Of a stretch of DNA of 64,000 bases, positions 26,705 to 39,897 are shown piece by piece (within the stretch, counting starts at the first letter, position 1; each line of letters begins with the position of its first letter). The position numbers were made by a program, and so were the translations under genes. The DNA is from Chrysomallon squamiferum (taxonomy: Eukaryota > Animalia > Mollusca): the NCBI GenBank assembly GCA_012295275.1, contig CM022671.1, positions 11,656,001 through 11,720,000 of the forward strand, given 5' to 3'. A model generated the notes under the pieces. It saw only the letters and a program-made list of their open reading frames with translations. It did not search any database and was not told the DNA's origin.

Positions 26705-27617
26705 TGTCGAATAAGGATTACAAACTACGTAAGACCGATCAGATTATCTTAACGGTTCAACTACTGCGACAGTGTTAATGGATGAAATGACGCACGCAGT
26801 TTCAGTTTAAAATTATCTACTCACGGGTTTTATCAATCTGTGGCTGTTGTCTTCTGTGTTATCTTTATAGAAAATGGTTCTCCTGAAATTGTATACAGTG
26901 TACCAAATGTTGTTAAGGAACCCGTCATAGAACAGTAAATAAAGTGCTTAATTTAGGAAACCTGATTACACAAGTTTTACTTGCTTTAACTGACAAAGAT
27001 TAAACAGCCGTCTTTAAGAAAGTCTGTATAATAGATCAATATGTTATCCCATTGTGAGAAATGAAGAAAATAATAATTTGAAGGAACGTGTTTTGGAAAT
27101 CGAGATATTTAATTTGATTCTGTACCAAACGTATCTCGGTTTACACATTTCGCTTTATGTGTGTTAATACAAGTCTTCTAAGTATGAGTTTTTTATTTTT
27201 TATTTTTTAATCTTTACGGACAATTCAGGAAATTCAGAAAACATTCTCAACAGAGATGACTGTGAACCCTGACTTATCCCGACTGCTGATCTAATATCAA
27301 CACGAAACTGAAATGAAAAACTTGTGAAGCGCCATTAATTCTTGCCTATCGAGCAAAACAAAATAAAAGTTGCTGGTACGATATTAGTCATTTCTTATAC
27401 TGCCTTGTAAAGTATCTGTGACTGTAGAACACTTGTTTCTGATATGTGTATATCGTTACATATTTTAAAATTTATTATTTATTTTGTTTTTCTTAAATCA
27501 GCCGACTTTTCTTGACATTACTCCTTGTTCTTCTTTTACTGACACCGGACATGACAAGTTTGCAATATAATTCAAACGGAAAGAACTGCCGGTATATATT
27601 CATAATCATTAAAAAAG

Positions 27618-27624
<7 letters not shown>

Positions 27625-27684
<60 letters not shown>
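27625..27684. repeat. (CA)n microsatellite
   Basis: A ca run preceded by gcgcgcgc. Confidence 0.95.
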
Positions 27685-27686
<2 letters not shown>

Positions 27687-27986
27687 ATAAAATCATTTTC
27701 ACAAGTGAAGAAGACTGCTCGGTATTTTTGTAAAAATAATTTTTCTGCAGGTTTTTCTTTTTGTTTTTTCTCTTCAACTAGGTGTCTCCTCAGATGATAT
27801 TAACCTCGTCCAATAATATATATATATATATATATAACTCCTTTTAAAAACAATGTACAATACCATTTAAAAACTCCTGTATTTCATGAAACTCGTGCAA
27901 ATTTAGGTACTGTTAACAAATCACGTGATAATATGTGTATGACAATATATGTGTATAAGTCAGGTTATTTAGTTCTGAATGTTCTC

Positions 27987-28148
27987 GAATAACGAGGAAT
28001 GATGAATTGTAAACAATTCAGAATTAATGAATTGTAAACAGTCGAGGAATAACAAGGAATGATGAATTGTAAACAGTGGAGGAATAACGAGGAATGATGA
28101 ATTGTAAACAGTGGAGGAATAACGAGGAATGATGAATTGTAAACAGTT
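27987..28148. repeat. 35-bp minisatellite, ~4.5 copies (gaataacgaggaatgatgaattgtaaacagtggag)
   Basis: Unit starts at 28082 and 28117; one shortened copy. Confidence 0.88.
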
Positions 28149-28553
28149 CATAATGAAGTAAGTCTGAGACAGGAGCGGATCCAAAACTTCACCAAATTTC
28201 GGGTGGGGGGAGGTTTATTAGTTGAAATAAATTACGTTTCATTTATTATTAGTATTAATTTATTGCTCGGTTAATATGAAAATGATAGAAAATTATGCAA
28301 ATTATATGTTCAGAATGAACAATCGTTATTACAAAAACCTGTCGTTAAAATGAAAATGTGTTTATAATAAAAATGATTTCATTTTTCTCGGTTCCATTCT
28401 TATAAAATATTGAAGCCAACTCATTTTCTGAAAATACTGGATCTGTCACTTTGTTATTATTTCTTTTCTATTTCTTGTGATGGGAACGCCGATCACGATA
28501 TTTTTGTTTTTGTTTTTATATTCCGGTATTATATTTTAATAAAACAAAACAAT

Positions 28554-28682
<129 letters not shown>

Positions 28683-29659
28683 CGTCATACATAATTATCA
28701 ATTATTGCTGTTATTGCTGTCGTTGCTTATTCAGACACTGTGTCAAAGTCTTCAATTTTCTGCCACTTCAGAAGCAATAACCGTTTTATTTACACAGTAA
28801 TTTATGAATTACCTCCATAATATGGTATGCTTACATACACTTTAAGGGCATCATTGTATGTGTGTATGTATTGTGTATCAGATATTCCTGTCTTCTTTTA
28901 GCTAATAAAATGATTGTGAACTTTGGTTTTGTTTTTTTAAACGTACGCTAATTTATAATTTAAATGTATTATTAAAAAGAAGAAAATAAATTCTAAATTG
29001 ACGAATTAATATTTAAATTATTTTTTCCACATGATAATTTTACTTAATTTTAATTTTAAAGGTTCACGAAATTATTTATTCGTTTGTGCCTTTGTGAAAA
29101 TATAATTCTGTTTATTTCTTTGTTATCCTTTTAACCAATTAACATCCCTATCCATGTTTCCGCCCCGAACATTTTTTGGTGCTTTTTCAAAGTTTCAAAA
29201 TATTTAAAATGTATTTATTAAAATGTCAGGTATTTTTGTCTTTGGAGATTTTAAAATTCATATGTAATTTCTGAACAATGATATATTTTTTTCTACCTGA
29301 TCAGTATTTGGACATACGCACGTTCTACTGTTTGAACATGCCACGGTAACTATATTTGCTGGGAAAGAAAGTTGACTTGTATTATATTATGTGTTTAAAT
29401 ATTATTTATATTTGTTTTGTTTGTATATACAGCTTATTTTACTGCATTTGTAAATATTTTGTATGTTGGAATTAAAATTTCTAATGCAGTTTATTTTTAC
29501 AAGTTGTTTTCTTCTTTCATTTATTAGATTGTTTTTAACTTAAAATGATGCATTTGTTTGATCTGATTGTTATGTTCTTTATTACCTTACTGAACATAAT
29601 TTATTTTCAGTTATCTACTTAACCTGCTTGATAAGTAGAACTGATTATTAACTCCAGCT

Positions 29660-29960
29660 ATTACTTACTTGTTTACCTAGCGCTAGGCTTGTGACATCAT
29701 CTCTCCAGATTTTCTGTGCTGTTCTTTCACCTAAACCTGTTTTCTTAGTGTCTCTACGCCATGTTCTTTGAACGTCCTCGTTTTCTGACACCTCGTGTAC
29801 AGGGGACGCACATTCGGAGAGCATCTTCTTACTTCATCATCGGCTACCAGGTGTCTTCTCTTCCACAAGTCGGTGTTGCTGATGTTGTCTTACCGCGGTT
29901 CTTGACGTTTATTCTTAGACAGTTGTTGACAAATATCAAAAACATAATATCCTGTCTTGT
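29660..29960 (-). mobile_element. 5'-truncated RTE-clade LINE, decayed 3' end
   Basis: The minus strand reads, across frameshifts, FVNNCLR..DNISNTDLWKR..GVRKRGRS..RTWRRDTKKTGL..KIWRDDVTSL, the typical RTE ORF C-terminus, followed by an (AAGT)n tail (ttacttactt on +). Confidence 0.72.
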
Positions 29961-30124
29961 TTAATCTCCTGAATATGTTTATTTATTTAGCTTCATATTC
30001 AACAATTATTTATTTATAAAATAATGTAGGCGTAAAGGTGTCTTTTTCTTTATAATTCCATTGTAATTTCTGCAGCATTACGCAAAATGCGAGTGCTCAG
30101 TCATTTTAGTATATTTGCATTGTT

Positions 30125-30187
30125 CAGATCGAGGCGCTCTTATCCGAAGTGTTTCGGACTAAAAGTGTTTCGGATTTCGGATTTTTG
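30125..30187 (+). mobile_element. Solo terminus of a Tigger/pogo-type DNA transposon
   Basis: cagatcgaggcgctcttatccgaagtgtttcggactaaaagtgtttcggatttcggattttt resembles the recalled Tigger4/MER46 end caggttgagtatcccttatccgaaatgcttgggaccagaagtgtttcggatttcggattttt; no partner end seen. Confidence 0.5.
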
Positions 30188-32461
30188 TATAATGTAAAAT
30201 GAATAAAATGGTAAAAGCAACTCATGCAGAATGCAATTGCTCAGTCGTTTTACTATTTTTGCTGAAAATGAAGAAAACGTTATAAAAATATTCTTTATTA
30301 CAATGGATTTTTAAACAGTCATTAGTGAAATTATTATTATTTTTTTTAAAACTGCGTTATAAGAGATTTGCTATTTTTTAAAATACAAACGTACATAGAT
30401 ACATGTTTTATTCCTAATACATCATGATACCCAGACCTGGCTAAAACAAACGCCAGGGTGCCACGTTCTGCTTTTCTTCACTAATATTCCTACCTGTGTT
30501 CTTTATGCGACAGCGGGCAAGAAACTCGGTCATTTTCTGATATAAGGAAAAGTATTTTAATTAGAGCTTAATGATCTGCATCATGATTGTTATTTCAGTC
30601 AGATTGCGTAACTTTAATTGTTACTTCAAATCACATCCGCTCTTTTCTTTTTAAGCTGACCTGTCAGAAAGCGTGCCCGTCGCAGTGTTCAAGGTAATTA
30701 AAGAGCGAAAGCAAGGGAAGAAAGTGAAGGAAACTGTCAAGACGAGAGTTCAGTTAGGCGGGGAAACCAATCTTTTTGAATGACATTGTTTTTACAGACG
30801 AGTGTGGTAAGCAATTGTCTAATCTTATTTTGATAGGGTGTAATGTGCAGTTAACCTGTGTCAATAATTTATTATACCTAAAATTTAATGTTTTAATCTG
30901 TCCTCCGTGCAGATTCTTATTTTGTCTTGGTTCCCCGTATGACCTTTCTGGTATGACCTTTCTCGTATTATTAATCAAAATTACTTAAATGTATGTTTTA
31001 CGGTTGTATAATATATTATTATTAAGTCACCTGTATATCATAATTAAATAATTAATGTGAACCTTAAATTGTGTTGAGTTTATTTCTCTAGTGGATAGAT
31101 AGACTTATAGATTTATATCGATTGCTGTCAATTTAGTGTTTATATTCCTTGTTAAGTGGCCATTAAAGCACCTTGTTACCCTAGACTGAGCCTTAATAAA
31201 ACATACAAAGTGATTAAAGGTTTGAGTCCCGTGACAATGATGTTCATCATCATCATCATCATCATCAATAACAACAACACAATTATTATTGTTGTTGTTG
31301 TGTTACTGTTACTGTTTTATTATTATTATTATTATTTTAATTATTTAATTAATTGATATCGATTATTTAAGCAAAGAAAACAATTTATAAAAATCATATT
31401 GGAATAAGGTCGAACCAGTGACACAAAATTTATTATTTATCTGTTGCTAAAGAAGTATCCGTGCATTGGACTGATTGATTGATTGATTGATTTGTTTAGT
31501 CGTTTCATATCTAAACAAAACCTTTACCCAGACATGTATAAACTAATCTTATTGTCTTAATTTTTGTTTAGGTAGAGTTATCTTTCTTGAAGTTACTTTT
31601 TGATTGGTCCCAGTTGCTATTTATTTTATTATTTTTTTCAAATTGATTTTTTATTGATTTTTTTTTATTTTTTTGTTTGTTTTTTTTTGTTTTTTTATAA
31701 TTTCGATCCTCAGTTTAAATAAGGCATTACAAATAACTGTTGTAATAGTGTAATTATAAATAAAAGTAACAATAATTAGACTGATGGTAACAGCGCATTA
31801 CTATAACTATATGAATGAACGTGAAGCTCTCTGTAATGAAACTAAACAAGTGAATTAAAATTAACTGCTTGCACTGAGAATGATCATTAGCATCGGGAGT
31901 AGATTTTCTCAAAACAAACATCTAAATTTAAAATTCTAATTACTGCATAGCGTTGATCTGTATGTTCTTGTGCGAAAGGTTAATACTTATAAATTCTTCA
32001 TGAATCTAAAATTCTATTCTTTTAACAGTATTAATGTGGTTAAAAATAAAAGTATTTGTAGAGAGTGTTACACCGCATGTACCTTTACCACAAAACGTGT
32101 AATATATCCTCTGGTTAATATATTAAATCACGCGGTAAACGGAAAGAAAGAAACCGGAAAAAAAGAAACAGTTTTATTCAGAACAAATGCTGAAACAAGC
32201 TGACTTACGCATAGATATACATAAAAAGTATCTCCCTCTCTCTCTCTCACTCTCGCTCTCTCTCACATACACACTCAGACACACACACTCACACCAGTAA
32301 TGTAAATATATACAGACTCATCTATATCCAAATGTACAGATACAAAAATTAATAATTGTAAAAACAACAATAAAACATACTTAAAACAAATTTAGAAACA
32401 TATATATATATGTACGTATATATACTTGAATACATACATACATAAAGACAGACAGACAGAT

Positions 32462-32492
<31 letters not shown>

Positions 32493-32636
32493 CAGACAGA
32501 AAGACATATATACATACATACAAACACAAATATATGTATGATTTAAGTTAAACGGAAAGAAAGAAACTGGAAAAAAAGAAACAGGAAAGAAAGAAACGGA
32601 AAGAAAGAAAAAGTTTTATTCAGAACAAATTTATTC

Positions 32637-32910
32637 TCATAAGCATTTGGTAATACGAATGTTGTGTCCGACTCCAACCAAAAACTCGGGAATGGACTTG
32701 GAACTATTGACATTGTCCTGACACAAGGATCTGAGTCTCCACTGGAGGCGAATATGACGCTTGTTCTTGCGCTTCTTCGGGGGTTGCCAACTTCATCCTG
32801 TTGAAGAACAGTGGATTCTTCACGCTGGAACCACTGGATAACTTTCCAGACAGAAGGATGATGATGGCCAAACATGCTGAGAAATGTATTGTTCCACCCT
32901 TCTGGAATAA
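32637..32910 (-). mobile_element. Mutator-like (MULE) transposase C-terminal relic, frameshifted
   Basis: EGWNNTF...GHHHPSVWKVIQWFQREE, then after a frameshift PKKRKNKRHIRLQWRLRSLCQD...SIPEFLVGVGHNIR..stop; minus-strand AATAAA follows at ~32614-32619. Confidence 0.82.
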
Positions 32911-34059
32911 TAAAATCATCTACAGTATATGCACACTTATACATATCAAGACGGACTTTCTTGGAGCACTTCCACCTAATCTTGTTCTTACTCGTAGCTA
33001 ACTTGGTTTACATGTGGCTATGATAACAACTTTTTGATCCACCTTTCTGACTCTTGATGACCTCCATAGTAGTTTTATTCATATATTTGTGATATTTATT
33101 CTAATGATGGCACTAATGATTCTGAGCAATGGTGCTTCCTATCATCTTTTATATTGATATCATGGGTATTTAAGTTGAAAGCCATCTGGGAAGCCATATC
33201 TGAGGACATAAAGAGAAGGGATTATCCTTTTACTGGGTCAATTAGAGAATGGCTTCTTAAATGGCTTCTTAAAGAAAATGATAATTGAGACATTTAAAGA
33301 ATAGGTCACGTTGGATAGGTAACGGACTCAATGACAGCTAAAACTCAACTGGGTAAGTTAATTGGGAAAATGACTTATTTTAGAGAGATGTAGAGATATA
33401 GATTGACATAGTGTTTATGGCGAAACATATGGATTATCAATTGGGGAATGATAATTAATGGGTGAAAGAGGTGCATATTTATGATGGAATATTTAAGAAG
33501 CATTAAAAATATTAGTTTGGTACAAAAAATAATATGTAATACCTTTAAGACATTTAAAGTAAGAATTTTAGTAAAACTGTAGTGTTTCTTTCTTTCCGTC
33601 AACCGAAGCACACGACACGAAGATCATGCGTTTAGTTGCCCTATACAAGTACGAGATAATAGGTCATGTTTGTAAACATCATCTGTACTAAACCTTGCTT
33701 CAAGTGCGCTATCACACTAATAAGCATGTTTATCTATGAGTCAAGGTCACGGTCACCGATATAATTGTCATTTCGTGACAAGGTGGAGTGAAAACAGATT
33801 TGTAGTGGCAAGTAGCGTTCTGTCGTCTGCTTGAGAAAACTGAAATAATTAAACTCTTTCAGTGTTCTTTTTTCAAATAATTATTCACTCCCTGCATTTT
33901 TTTCAGAAAAACTAAAAAGAAACCACAAAATAACGTAACATTTGATTAGTTTTGTATTTGTTTGTTTAATAATTTTATTGAAATATTCTTATTCATGTTT
34001 ACATATTTGTACCTTTTAAATTTTTACTATCGATTTCTTATATGTATATACTGTATGTG

Positions 34060-34093
<34 letters not shown>

Positions 34094-37000
34094 TGTATGT
34101 ATGTATGTATGTATGTATGTATATATATGTGTGTGTGTATATATATATATATATACACACACACAAATATATACTATTTCTTTTCTTTTAAATGCACCTT
34201 AAAAGCACAGGGTAATTTGACACACAAACTATTGATTCTATCATAGCTTCTTTTCTGTCTTCTCTTCATCATTCATTTTCGTTGATTTATCTCCCCAAGA
34301 AGCAGTAAAAGAAAAGATACATTTAACTATTACTATCTGTCTAGTTGATTTTTAAAAACTCTGTTGATTGGACTTAACCGTGAAATAAAAACGACGATGG
34401 TTTGAGAGTTTACTACTGAAACTGAAACCTCTGGCGTCACCGTGAAAGTCGAACTGTTTAAAAGTTGAAATAAAATGACAGAAACGTAATGAAAGTAAAA
34501 CAAATGAATGTAATTTATACAATGACAAGAAAAAAAATGAATTTCGTGACTACAGTTTTTAATTCTGGACTGACGTATTGTGCTACTGTCATCTGATAGT
34601 GAGTGGTGTTAAATGTTTAGTAAATACGATGAAAGAGAGATAACTGAATAGACAGAGGGATTGACGGATAGACAGAGAAGGAGAAAGACAGACCCATAGT
34701 CAGAAAGACACAGACAAGAAAGGTAGGAAATGATCGAGTATAATAGATAAGAAATTCATATTAGCAGATCAACAGATAGACCTACATTTGGATGAATAGA
34801 TAGACGAACTCACAAAACATGCTTCTCAGTGTTAAACTAAAGGAGATTGAAATATTGGAACATCGTCTCACATGTTATCCTGTCTTGCAAAAGGACATGC
34901 CCCTAACATGCGTGCTTGAAAAATTCGTACAAACACAGATGCTTTAATATGTATCGTATCGTCTTTAAATTGCCTTTCCCAGTCCAAGTTATGTAAATAG
35001 TGAGTGTGACATGATTACTTTTTTCAAGTTTTGTCACATCGTGACAGGCTGACTCTGTTTTCAGGGAGTCACAAAGTGACATGATGACTTTGTTTTCAAG
35101 CTGTGACACGATGTTTGCTATCTGTGTCTGGCTGGTATCTGTCGGACGTGAACACAAGAATGTGATGACCTGTTAAAACAATTATGACCATCTCCTGATG
35201 TCACCCCACAGTTTAATAATAGTTACACTTCTCAGTTTGTTGTCAGACTTTAAATTATCCAAAGCCACGTAATCGTTTGCAAGTATTCAAAATATTGTTT
35301 AGGTTATTTGTTTGTATGATCAAACCAGTAGTTAAGAATCTATAATTTTGTTAAATGTGTTGTAAATACGGTATTTATTCTTCTCAGTCGCTCATGAAAT
35401 AAGCTAGCTTTTATAATTATACAACAGCAAATGTTGATCTCAACCCTCTATTCATTCTGTTTTTACTTTTTTCCCTGTTATAAAACGCTACTACCGTTAC
35501 TAGCGGCGTTAACACCACAAAACAACAGCAGTGCTTTCATACATCATTTTGTGTTTGGACTTGGAAACACTCGCAGTTATGAGCAGTAAGATCACAATTC
35601 ACAAACATGAGTTAAAAATAAAAATAAACTAATAATACTAACAAAAGACAGTCAGAAGAAACACTTCTAAATTGGTGGTCCGAGTGTTTATGTCAACAAA
35701 CATTTATTTTACAAAAAACAAATATTTTTACAAATTGATTTAGAAAGATAAAAATACTCAGCGATCTAATGTTAATTTTTGTGCTGAGTAAACAGTTACT
35801 GTTTATAAATGGTCAAATAGTTCGATCTAAGAAACAGTTATTCTTTTCTGCCGCTTTGTTCGCTATTTAGTTCGAAGACAATGAAACATGAAGAGAAATA
35901 CTCACACACAATGCGTGATGATACTGGATATAACGTGAGTCTCTGCAGACATAATTATTTATTTAATACAAAAGCTTTTGTTGTTCATAAAGAATAACTC
36001 TTTATTCAGCGTTTACAATTGGAGTATAAGTATTGTATTTCGAAAGAAAGAAAAAATACTCGTTAAAATATGTAGCACAAAACTGGAATTTTCTTTTTTT
36101 TTAAATATACAAACGCTAAACCAGTATTTCGGTACAGTGGAAACGCCATTAATGTAATAACATTTTAGTGAAAGTAACTTTCGAAAATAAAATAAATTCG
36201 TTATTAGGTGGAAAACATCTTCGGTCAGCGAAAGACGGTTCCCTAAAACGCAGTATGAAGTAAACGCTCGCTGTAATTTCTCCAACAAGATACTTGAATT
36301 CCCCGGTGTAGTCAACACACATTTATTTCTTTCATAATAAATACTTTGGTGATGGATTCTCTGCGAACCTCCTGGGTAAGTTTGGCATGTAATTTCCTGT
36401 GATTACCAGAACTCTGCTCGCTGGCTGCAGAGTCTGGTGCCATGGGAATGTCTACATAATTCTCCAGTACGAGTACACATCGGCAATCTGCATAATTTAA
36501 AATAGTTTTAATATGGTTTTCAAGTTACATGTGCGAATTTCCACAGCACGTGCAGATCTCATCTGGGACTTTGCAGTTTACAGACATCGACATTTATTAC
36601 CAGGCAGCACAACTGACTGGCCAGTTGTGAAGTAAAAACACAGATAAACTCTATAATTACTTTCTGTACCTTTAGAATCGTGAATATGGCTTTAAACCAA
36701 GTTAGAAAACCAAGTTAGAAAACCAAAGTATTTGTAAACACCCGCAGAGGTGTAGTAATGTATGCTGGTTGTTATTATTTCACTGGCAAACCAAACCATT
36801 AACATCTAACAACAAAATTAACAATCCTTTAAACTGCAGTGCAGTCTGTATATAAGTGAATGACTAGGTACAGATAATACCAGCTCGTTACGATTCGATA
36901 TGCTGGACACTCTCTTTCCTTCTCCAGAACTCTTTTTCTGTGACAGACACGCCCGCTGACCTGTGAGAAAGCGAGCCTGTCGCAGACGTGCTTCACAACA

Positions 37001-37440
37001 GCTCACTCTGATTAGCACGTTGTTTTTTTCCCAGTCCCATAGATAATATTTGTGTGTGAGTATATGTAGCATGAATTTATTCAGTGAAAGAGTCCGACTT
37101 GTATTATGTTACATAACATAACATATCCCTCTTGTGTGTTTTCTTTTCATTTCACTAACATAATACATTTGTTCTGCATATATTGACACACATTATCATT
37201 ATAAATATATAACTAACTGCTATATACATATATAATGCATATATACAACATACATGAATATACACATATCATACCTATATAAATACGTATATACATACAT
37301 ATATATATATATAGATATAGATAGATATATTTATTGCATACAGACATATTTACATACATATACATACATACATACATACGTACGTACATATTTAATAAAA
37401 GCCAGTTCTTATTCCTGTATCTAGTTTTATCGTTGACGTT

Positions 37441-38125
37441 ATAATCGTAGTGGTTCCCAGTCCTTTCTAAACTAAGTATGTGCTTGGTGGAGTACAAGTG
37501 AGATAATCGTAGTGGTTCCCAGTCCTTTCTAAACTAAGTAAGTGCTTGGTGGAGTACAAGTGAGATAATCGTAGTGGTTCCCAGTCCTTTCTAAACTAAG
37601 TATGTGCTTGGTGGAGTACAAGTGAGATAATCGTAGTGGTTCCCAGTCCTTTCTAAACTAAGTAAGTGCTTGGTGGAGTACAAGTGAGATAATCGTAGTG
37701 GTTCCCAGTCCTTTCTAAACTAAGTATGTGCTTGGTGGAGTACAAGTGAGATAATCGTAGTGGTTCCCAGTCCTTTCTAAACTAAATGTGCTTGGTGGAG
37801 TACAAGTGAGATAATCGTAGTGGTTCCCAGTCCTTTCTAAACTAAGTAAGTGCTTGGTGGAGTACAAGTGAGATAATCGTAGTGGTTCCCAGTCCTTTCT
37901 AAACTAAGTATGTGCTTGGTGGAGTACAAGTGAGATAATCGTAGTGGTTCCCAGTCCTTTCTAAACTAAGTAAGTGCTTGGTGGAGTACAAGTGAGATAA
38001 TCGTAGTGGTTCCCAGTCCTTTCTAAACTAAGTAAGTGCTTGGTGGAGTACAAGTGAGATAATCGTAGTGGTTCCCAGTCCTTTCTAAACTAAGTATGTG
38101 CTTGGTGGAGTACAAGTGAGATAAT
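37441..38125. repeat. 62-bp minisatellite, 11 copies (ataatcgtagtggttcccagtcctttctaaactaagtaWgtgcttggtggagtacaagtgag)
   Basis: Units start at 37441, 37503, 37565 and so on; no spacers; one copy has a 2-bp deletion. Confidence 0.98.
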
Positions 38126-38376
38126 GGAAAAGTAAACAAATTTAATTAACACAGGTAATCGATGACAGAAAGTGAACAGAGAGCGACGTGAACTTTAATA
38201 TAGGTGCAACCAAGTCAAAGAACTCATATAACAACAACAACAACAACACAACAACAATAACAACAATAGTAATAATAATAATAATAATAGTAATAATAGT
38301 AATAATAACAGTAATAATAACAACAACACAACAGCAATAACAACAATACCGTCAGTAATATTAATAATATTAATAA

Positions 38377-38412
<36 letters not shown>

Positions 38413-38520
38413 AAGTAGTAGTAGTAATAATAATAGTAATAATAAGTCGCCAAGAAGAAATAATGAGACTAGAAAGGCAGAAGAGTGAAGGACGTGTTGA
38501 CAGTCTTAAAGTCTACATAA

Positions 38521-38606
38521 ACTGAGTCTGTTGACAATCAGTGTACATACACTGAGTCTGTTGACAATCAGTGTACATACACTGAGTCTGTTGACAATCA
38601 GTGTAC
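38521..38606. repeat. 30-bp tandem repeat, ~3 copies (actgagtctgttgacaatcagtgtacatac)
   Basis: Units at 38521, 38551 and 38581. Confidence 0.93.
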
Positions 38607-39866
38607 GCTGCTGTACACCATTCTTTGTGTGGCTACAGCACTTCAGAGTCTTTATTCGCAACGACATGATGTTAAGTGAAAATAACAAATGTATCTATGA
38701 TGTTGTCTGCATTAAACAAAAAAATATCACTGCATCAGTATCACAACAATACCTCGATAATATTGACAATGTTAACAATATCAACGAAACTTTGATTTCA
38801 TGTGTCTTCCGAAATAACAGGATTGTAAATTTGTAGCCTTGTGTCTGTGAAGGCGTGGAAGTAATTGTATCAAAGATTACTGAGAATTAGCTTCATTATC
38901 GTTTTTCTTGTTTTACAACGTATTACGAAGCTTTGAAGTCTCTAACTCACTACATTCATCTACGTGCTCTGCTAACCCAGTCCCGTTAAAAACGTTTCTT
39001 TGCAGATTTCATCAGCTATGTCGTTCAATCAATCAATTAGACTTCTCAAAGACATTTCCAAATATTTGGTAATGACGAAGGTTGGTCTCTCTCCCTCCCT
39101 CTCTCTCTCGCAGAAGTTCCGTTAAACTGGTCAATTTGGTAGCAGCTTCTTCGGTCGACAACGGCTCTCACAAAATCAATCATGTTTTTTAAGAAACTGC
39201 CGATCAACAAGTTAAAGCGTACTGAAACAGACTGAGCGAAATCCAATTTCCGATTTCTATAAATAAGCATCGTTTAGTGGAAACTCGGTCAGTAATATTT
39301 ATAACGAAATATTCCTTTGAGCTCTCTGATGTAATTAGCTGCTCTAGAACAGTTAGATCGGTAAATTAACATTTTTATGCTCGTGTGTCGGGGTAAAGAG
39401 CTAATTTAACGTCCATTGTTCATTAATACTTAAAATATAATTCCTTTGTCTCTCCTTCGTCTTGCAGCCTAATTAGGTTATATTTAAATTCTAGTGCAGT
39501 TTATAATACGTAAACTGTTTACGTGATGTACTTCGGTGCATATAAACTTGAAAACATCTTCTGTTTGACAAACTTGTCCAAAAACAGTTCTTCTTTTTAT
39601 TTATCGATAGCTTTATTGTTGTTGTTGTTGTTGTTGTTGTTGTCATCGTCGCCGTCATTGTTTTGTTGTTGATGATGATGATGGTGATATCAGTAAAATA
39701 TAAATTTTGTAATTTATTTATTTATTAAATATATTATACTTATAAAACATATTATCGCTATTATATATTTTATTCAGATTTTAAAATTTATAAAATTTGT
39801 ATTTATTTATCTATTTTATTGTATATATTTCACTTTACTATTTTTATTAATTATTATTATTATTAT

Positions 39867-39897
<31 letters not shown>

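Noticed and set aside
28170-28215. caggagcggatcc..gggtgggggg, a hAT-MITE-like left end (similar fragments at ~9626-9641 and ~49663)
   Set aside because: Too short and unpaired to call an element.
37441-38125. CRISPR-like appearance of the 62-bp array (also the 50-bp and 77-bp arrays)
   Set aside because: Units are contiguous with no unique spacers, there are no cas genes, and the context is eukaryotic.
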